Assembly: GCA_965238215.1 (NCBI GenBank)
Contig: OZ250180.1
Coordinates: 1,884,111 to 1,948,110 of the forward strand
DNA from: Dehalococcoidia bacterium
GTDB taxonomy: Bacteria > Chloroflexota > Dehalococcoidia > Lucifugimonadales > GCA-2712585
Direction: 5' to 3'
Length of the DNA stretch: 64,000 nt
Made by a program: the position numbers and the translations under genes. This document shows positions 59,237 to 64,000 of the stretch, piece by piece. Each line of letters opens with the position of its first letter. Positions within the stretch are counted from its first letter, which is position 1. The notes beneath the pieces were generated by a model. That model did no database searches. It was not told where the DNA came from and saw nothing but the letters and a program-made list of their open reading frames with translations.

Positions 59237-59929
59237 ATGGCAAAAGTCATAGATCTTCACGTTCATACTACCCGAGGCAGCAGCGACAGCAACCTTTCTC
59301 CGGAAGACATGGTGGCGGAATCCAAGCGCCTCGGCGTCCCCGGCCTCTGCATCACTGAACACAACTCCCTGTGGGACCGGCACGAGTTCGCCGCCTTTGC
59401 CCGCAAGCACGATATGCTTCTCATCCGCGGCGTCGAAGTGGATACGGAAATGGGCCATGTGCTTGTTTTTGGCATGGAGGACTATGTTTCCGGCATCTCG
59501 CGCATCGCGGAGCTGCGGCGGGTGGTGGACGAGGCGAAAGGGTTCATGATTACGGCCCACCCCTTCCGCGGCATCCACAGCCCCGGCGGCTTTCGGAGGC
59601 CCTACTTGTACAGGGATGTCTCGGAGATACCCGATACGGTGGAAGAAGCATCTGAGCACGCCGTCTTCGGCTTGGCGGACGCCGTGGAGGTGGCCAACGG
59701 CAACACCATTGATAGCGAGAACGCCTTTGCTCATGGGGTGGCGGAGCGTCTGGGCATGAAGGGTACGGGCGGAAGCGACGCTCACTCCGTTCACGGCCTG
59801 GGCCGCTGCTTCACCGTCTTCGAGGACGACTTGCGGTCCGAGGAGGAGTTTATCGAGGCCCTGCGGCGCGGCAGGTACTACGCGGCCTATGGCCTGAGGA
59901 CCGGCGCCGTCCGGCCATTCCAGGGCTGA
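59237..59929 (+). CDS. PHP-domain protein
   Basis: DLHVHT, ITEH, GH, AHP and GGSDAH motifs. Confidence 0.9.
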   Translation: MAKVIDLHVHTTRGSSDSNLSPEDMVAESKRLGVPGLCITEHNSLWDRHEFAAFARKHDMLLIRGVEVDTEMGHVLVFGMEDYVSGISRIAELRRVVDEAKGFMITAHPFRGIHSPGGFRRPYLYRDVSEIPDTVEEASEHAVFGLADAVEVANGNTIDSENAFAHGVAERLGMKGTGGSDAHSVHGLGRCFTVFEDDLRSEEEFIEALRRGRYYAAYGLRTGAVRPFQG

Positions 59930-59956
59930 GACGGACTATAGGATGTTGGCGAAACC

Positions 59957-62737
59957 TTGTTGAACTCACCGTTGAATGCTGATGACCGGGTCTATGCGGC
60001 CATTGACTTGGAGACGACGGGGCTGCACGCCGACCGGCATAAGATAATCGAGGTGGGCGCGGTTAAGTTCCGGGGCGGCGAAGTGCTGGACGAGTTCCAG
60101 ACCTACGTCAACCCCTACACCCCCATTCCGCAATTCCAGCGGAGGCTTACGGGCATCCGGCAGGCGGATGTGGACACCGCGCCGCCCTTCGCCTCAGTAT
60201 CGGTGCACCTGGAGGAGTTTCTGGGCGACGTGCCGGTCATCGGGCACAACGTGGCCTTCGACGTCGGGTTTCTGAAAAAGAACGGCTTGCCCATGGCCAA
60301 TGTTGCCTACGATACCTGGGACATGGCCTCTGTTCTGCTGCCGGAAGCTTCGGAGTATTCTCTCTCCCTGCTGGCCAAGAGCTTGGGTATTGAACCCGAT
60401 AGCCCGCACCGCGCTTTGGACGATGCTCGCGTCACCCGGTTGGTCTTCCTGGCCCTGCTGGAACGGGCTAAGGAGTTGGACCCCGTAGTGGCGGAGCGCA
60501 TCAGGATAATCGCCCGACGCTCGGGCTGGAGTTTCGGCGACCTGGTGGGAAGTGAAGCCCTCTTCCACGCTCCCGGATTCGACGGGTCTGTGGACTCTAA
60601 TATGCTGGCCCAGCGCCTCACCAGGCCGGAATCCCTGCCCCGACCGGAAGAGGAACAGACCCTGGACGTGAAACGAGTAGAGGCTATGGCTTCTGCCGAG
60701 GGCCTGCTTTCGAAGTTCTTCCCCGGGTTCGAGTACCGTCCGGAGCAGAAGCAGATGATTTCGGCGGTGACCCGGACCTTCGGAGAGGGCGGCCATCTGA
60801 TGGTTGAGGGTGGCACCGGCGTCGGGAAGACGGTGGCGTACCTGCTCCCTGCCATTCTCTTCGCGGTGGCAAATGGCCAGCGGGTAGTGGTCTCCACCAA
60901 CACTATCAATCTCCAGGAACAGCTGCTCCAGAAGGACATCCCTGCCCTGGCGGCCGCCCTCGAGAAGGCGGGAGAGATTCCCGAAGGTGGGCTGCGGGCT
61001 GTGAGTCTGAAGGGCCGCGCCAACTACTTCTGCATCCGCCGCTGGACGAACCTTTCCCGCAGCGACAGTCTATCGACAGACGACGCGCGCCTGCTGAGCA
61101 AGTGCCTGGTCTGGCTTCAGAACACCCCCACCGGTGACCGGGGCGAGATGAACTTAGCGGGGCGGGATTGGCAGTCCTGGATCCGGGTTTCGGCCAGCGA
61201 CAAGGGCTTCTGTCCAGGCCTCCGCCAGGGCCTATGCTTCCTGCGGGCAGCCCGGGAGCGAGCGGAAGCCGCCCACGTCATAGTGGTCAATCATGCCTTG
61301 CTTCTTTCAGACCTGGCCAGGGGCGGGGGCCTCATTCCGGAATACAACTACCTGGTTGTAGATGAGGCCCATCACCTGGAAGAGGAGGCCACCCGCCAAT
61401 TCGGCTTCTCAGTGTCCCAGGATTGGCTGGAGGAACATCTGGATGCCATCGCCAGGTACGTGCAGCAGGCGCAGATAATCCTCCGCACCCAGCGTCTCCC
61501 TGCCCAACAGGCCCTCCGATTTCAGGAACTGGCGGCATCGGTGCAGGAATCCGTCTCCGGCCTGCGGGACAAGTGGGAGAACATGTGGAATCTGGCGGAA
61601 GAGTTCGTGATGAATCACCGCAACGAGTACGATGCGCGTGTGCAGCTGAGAATCAGTCGGAGCGCCCGGACTCAGCCCGGATGGTCAGACGTGGAGATTG
61701 GCTGGGAGAACTGCGACGGCGCCATACAGCAGTTCCGGGGTAGGGTGGAGGAATTGGCCCGCTACCTGGGTTCCCTGTCCGTTGACGGATCGGACCCGTG
61801 GGACACCCTTCTTTCCGACCTGGATGGCTGGTTGGAGGATTTGGCGGAGATACGAGAACAGCTGCGCACTGTGGCCAGCGCCGACTTTCAGGACGAGCGT
61901 ATCGACTGGCTGAGCCAGGAGCGGGATTCCAACATGGCCTTCAACTCGGCGCCCCTGGACGTCGGCCCTACTCTGCGGTCGGGCCTCTTCGACCAGAAGG
62001 AATGCGTGGTCTTGAGCAGCGCCACGCTCACCGCCCAGGGCAGCTTCGACTTCATTAGGCATCGGTTGGGTCTGGAGGGGGCGGAGGAGCTGAGGGTGGG
62101 TTCGCCCTTCGACTATAAGAAGTCCACCCTACTGGCCGTCCCCGACGATATCCCGCCCCCTAATGCCCGCGGGTATCGCGACGCGCTGGAGCGGTGCATA
62201 GGCCAGATTGTGAGGGGGGCCGGTGGGCACACCATGGCGCTATTCACCTCCCACGCCGCGTTGAGGGCCGCCCGCCAAACACTTATTCGCACGGTGGAAG
62301 ATTCGGGCATTACCGTGCTGGCACAGGGAGTAGACGGCCCGCCCCACCGGTTGATGCGGAGGTTTGCCGAAAATCCCCGCAGCGTCCTGTTGGGCACCAG
62401 CAGCTTCTGGGAGGGCGTTGATCTGCCCAGTGGTGTGATGAAAGCACTCATTCTGGCCCGCTTGCCCTTTAACGTGCCAACTGAGCCCGTCTTTGCGGCC
62501 AGGGGCGAGCAGTACGAGGATTCCTTCCGGCAGTTTGCCGTGCCTCAAGCTGTGCTCCGGTTTCGACAGGGATTCGGCCGGCTCATCCGCAACGCGCAAG
62601 ATCGGGGGGCAGTGGTGGTGCTCGACAGGCGGGTTCTCAACCGCTACTACGGCCGGCATTTTCTTGATGCGCTGCCGGAGTGCACGTTGAATATCGGCCC
62701 GATGGCATCCGTCGTTGAGAGCGTTAACCGGTGGTAA
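59957..62737 (+). CDS. dinG: DinG-family helicase with N-terminal DnaQ-like 3'-5' exonuclease
   Basis: DLETTG, GHN..FD and HRALDD (exonuclease); GTGVGKT, DEAH and QGFGRLIR (helicase). Confidence 0.93.
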   Translation: MLNSPLNADDRVYAAIDLETTGLHADRHKIIEVGAVKFRGGEVLDEFQTYVNPYTPIPQFQRRLTGIRQADVDTAPPFASVSVHLEEFLGDVPVIGHNVAFDVGFLKKNGLPMANVAYDTWDMASVLLPEASEYSLSLLAKSLGIEPDSPHRALDDARVTRLVFLALLERAKELDPVVAERIRIIARRSGWSFGDLVGSEALFHAPGFDGSVDSNMLAQRLTRPESLPRPEEEQTLDVKRVEAMASAEGLLSKFFPGFEYRPEQKQMISAVTRTFGEGGHLMVEGGTGVGKTVAYLLPAILFAVANGQRVVVSTNTINLQEQLLQKDIPALAAALEKAGEIPEGGLRAVSLKGRANYFCIRRWTNLSRSDSLSTDDARLLSKCLVWLQNTPTGDRGEMNLAGRDWQSWIRVSASDKGFCPGLRQGLCFLRAARERAEAAHVIVVNHALLLSDLARGGGLIPEYNYLVVDEAHHLEEEATRQFGFSVSQDWLEEHLDAIARYVQQAQIILRTQRLPAQQALRFQELAASVQESVSGLRDKWENMWNLAEEFVMNHRNEYDARVQLRISRSARTQPGWSDVEIGWENCDGAIQQFRGRVEELARYLGSLSVDGSDPWDTLLSDLDGWLEDLAEIREQLRTVASADFQDERIDWLSQERDSNMAFNSAPLDVGPTLRSGLFDQKECVVLSSATLTAQGSFDFIRHRLGLEGAEELRVGSPFDYKKSTLLAVPDDIPPPNARGYRDALERCIGQIVRGAGGHTMALFTSHAALRAARQTLIRTVEDSGITVLAQGVDGPPHRLMRRFAENPRSVLLGTSSFWEGVDLPSGVMKALILARLPFNVPTEPVFAARGEQYEDSFRQFAVPQAVLRFRQGFGRLIRNAQDRGAVVVLDRRVLNRYYGRHFLDALPECTLNIGPMASVVESVNRW

Positions 62738-63627
62738 AAGCGGGATCTTTCGTCCTGGAAGTGCCGCCGCCCCTGGATTTGGCTGCCACTCTGGAGAGCG
62801 GTCAGGCCCACCGTTGGCAGAAGGACGGCGACGTGTATTGGGGCGTGGTCTATGGCAGCCTGCTGAAGGTCAGGCAGGTTCCGGCAGGGGTGGAGATTTT
62901 TTCTACGCCGGCATCGTCGGCGTCCTTGAAGACGATGTTGGCGAGCTACTTCCGGCTGGATGACGACCTGTCCGCCATCTACGAAGAGATAAATCGGGAC
63001 GACCGCATTGACGCCATGATCCAGCTATACCCCGGGCTGAGGCTACTACGTCAGGAGCCGTGGGAGTGCCTGACGGCCTTCATCTGTTCCGCCACGTCTA
63101 ACATTCCGCGGATAGCAGCTAATATGGAGTCAATGGCGGACGCTTTCGGGGAGCCGCGGTCGCTTCAGGGGCGCGTCCGGAGCAGCTTTCCGCCGGCCCA
63201 CAAGATAGCTGAGGCGGGAGAGGGCGCTCTTCGAGAGTTGGGCCTGGGGTTTCGCGCCAAGTATCTGGCCAGAGCGGCCATTCAGGTGGCGGAAGGGGCA
63301 TTGGACTTGGAGGAGGTGCGGAGGCTGCCATACTGGGAGGCCAGGGCACGGTTGACGGAGCTTTATGGTATCGGAGCAAAGATTGCCGACTGCGTGTTGG
63401 TGTTTTCGCTGGATAAGCTGGAAGCCTTCCCCATTGATAGATGGGTCAGCAGGGCTGTGCAGGAGTGGTACCTAAACGGGCAGATGATGTCCTACGACGA
63501 CATCGTGCACTGGGCCCACGGGTATTTCGGCCAGTATGCGGGGTACGCCCAGCAGTACCTGTTCCACGGGGGTAGGTTGGGCAAGGTGGGGCGGGCGACC
63601 GCGGCCGGACCCAAACTCCGAAGATAG
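62731..63627 (+). CDS. ogg: 8-oxoguanine DNA glycosylase/AP lyase (OGG1-like)
   Basis: [27 protein letters not shown] and GYAQQYLF motifs. Confidence 0.9.
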   Translation: MVKAGSFVLEVPPPLDLAATLESGQAHRWQKDGDVYWGVVYGSLLKVRQVPAGVEIFSTPASSASLKTMLASYFRLDDDLSAIYEEINRDDRIDAMIQLYPGLRLLRQEPWECLTAFICSATSNIPRIAANMESMADAFGEPRSLQGRVRSSFPPAHKIAEAGEGALRELGLGFRAKYLARAAIQVAEGALDLEEVRRLPYWEARARLTELYGIGAKIADCVLVFSLDKLEAFPIDRWVSRAVQEWYLNGQMMSYDDIVHWAHGYFGQYAGYAQQYLFHGGRLGKVGRATAAGPKLRR

Positions 63628-63664
63628 AAGACGAGCGTAAGGTTGAAGATTGCGTGGCCTCGGG

Positions 63665-63771
63665 TCACATAAGCTCCGGCCAGAACCGCTCCTCTTTCCA
63701 GAATTCCCCGTTGTTGTGGTAGCCTCGAACTTCCCAGAAGCCCGGCCTGTCCTCCGCCATGAACTCGATGG
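63665..63771 (-). pseudogene. 3' fragment of a sulfite-oxidase/MsrP-like molybdopterin oxidoreductase
   Basis: [28 protein letters not shown]; the upstream part is replaced by ogg-derived sequence. Confidence 0.7.
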
Positions 63772-64000
63772 CGGGGAGCCGCGGTCGCTTCAGGGGCGCG
63801 TCCGGAGCAGCTTTCCGCCGGCCCACAAGATAGCTGAGGCGGGAGAGGGCGCTCTTCGAGAGTTGGGCCTGGGGTTTCGCGCCAAGTATCTGGCCAACGC
63901 CGCTATTCAAGTGGCTGAAGGGGCTTTGGACCTGGAAGAGGTGCGAAGGCTGCCCTACTGGGAAGCCAGGGCACGGTTGACGGAGCTTCATGGCATCGGC
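63772..64000 (+). repeat. Partial second copy of ogg (corresponds to 63147-63375)
   Basis: 625-bp offset direct repeat; first about 125 bp identical, remainder differs mostly at third codon positions. Confidence 0.9.

Overview
GC-rich bacterial chromosome segment. Gene content and the repeat-rich intergenic style suggest Chloroflexota (Dehalococcoidia/SAR202-like); this is an inference, not proven. Most of the window is core metabolism: hspR-grpE-dnaK, a TetR-led futalosine menaquinone operon (mqnEACD), metF-ribF-tyrS, ligA-pth-gatCA, a Dpp/Opp-type ABC transporter, ttuA/ttuB, uvrC, xerD, dinG and ogg. These are interspersed with two toxin-antitoxin pairs, a lone TIR-domain gene and composite REP-like tandem arrays. 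The most unusual locus is 1-6030, an array of at least three cassettes. Each has a variable lipoprotein resembling the pro-domain of Nal1-like trypsin-clan proteases, followed by the 5' start of a protease gene; cassettes B and C share a repeated promoter/leader/signal-peptide block. The first two protease starts are stubs of 29 and 60 aa. The third is a full 1246-aa protein with no signal peptide, comprising a serine protease domain, Ig/PKD-like domains and thrombospondin-like Trp/Arg/Cys repeats. A selenoprotein that the ORF track breaks at its TGA is also evident: a thioredoxin-NHL protein with a CUINC motif and a SECIS-like hairpin (20143-21627). No rRNA, tRNA or CRISPR array was recognised.
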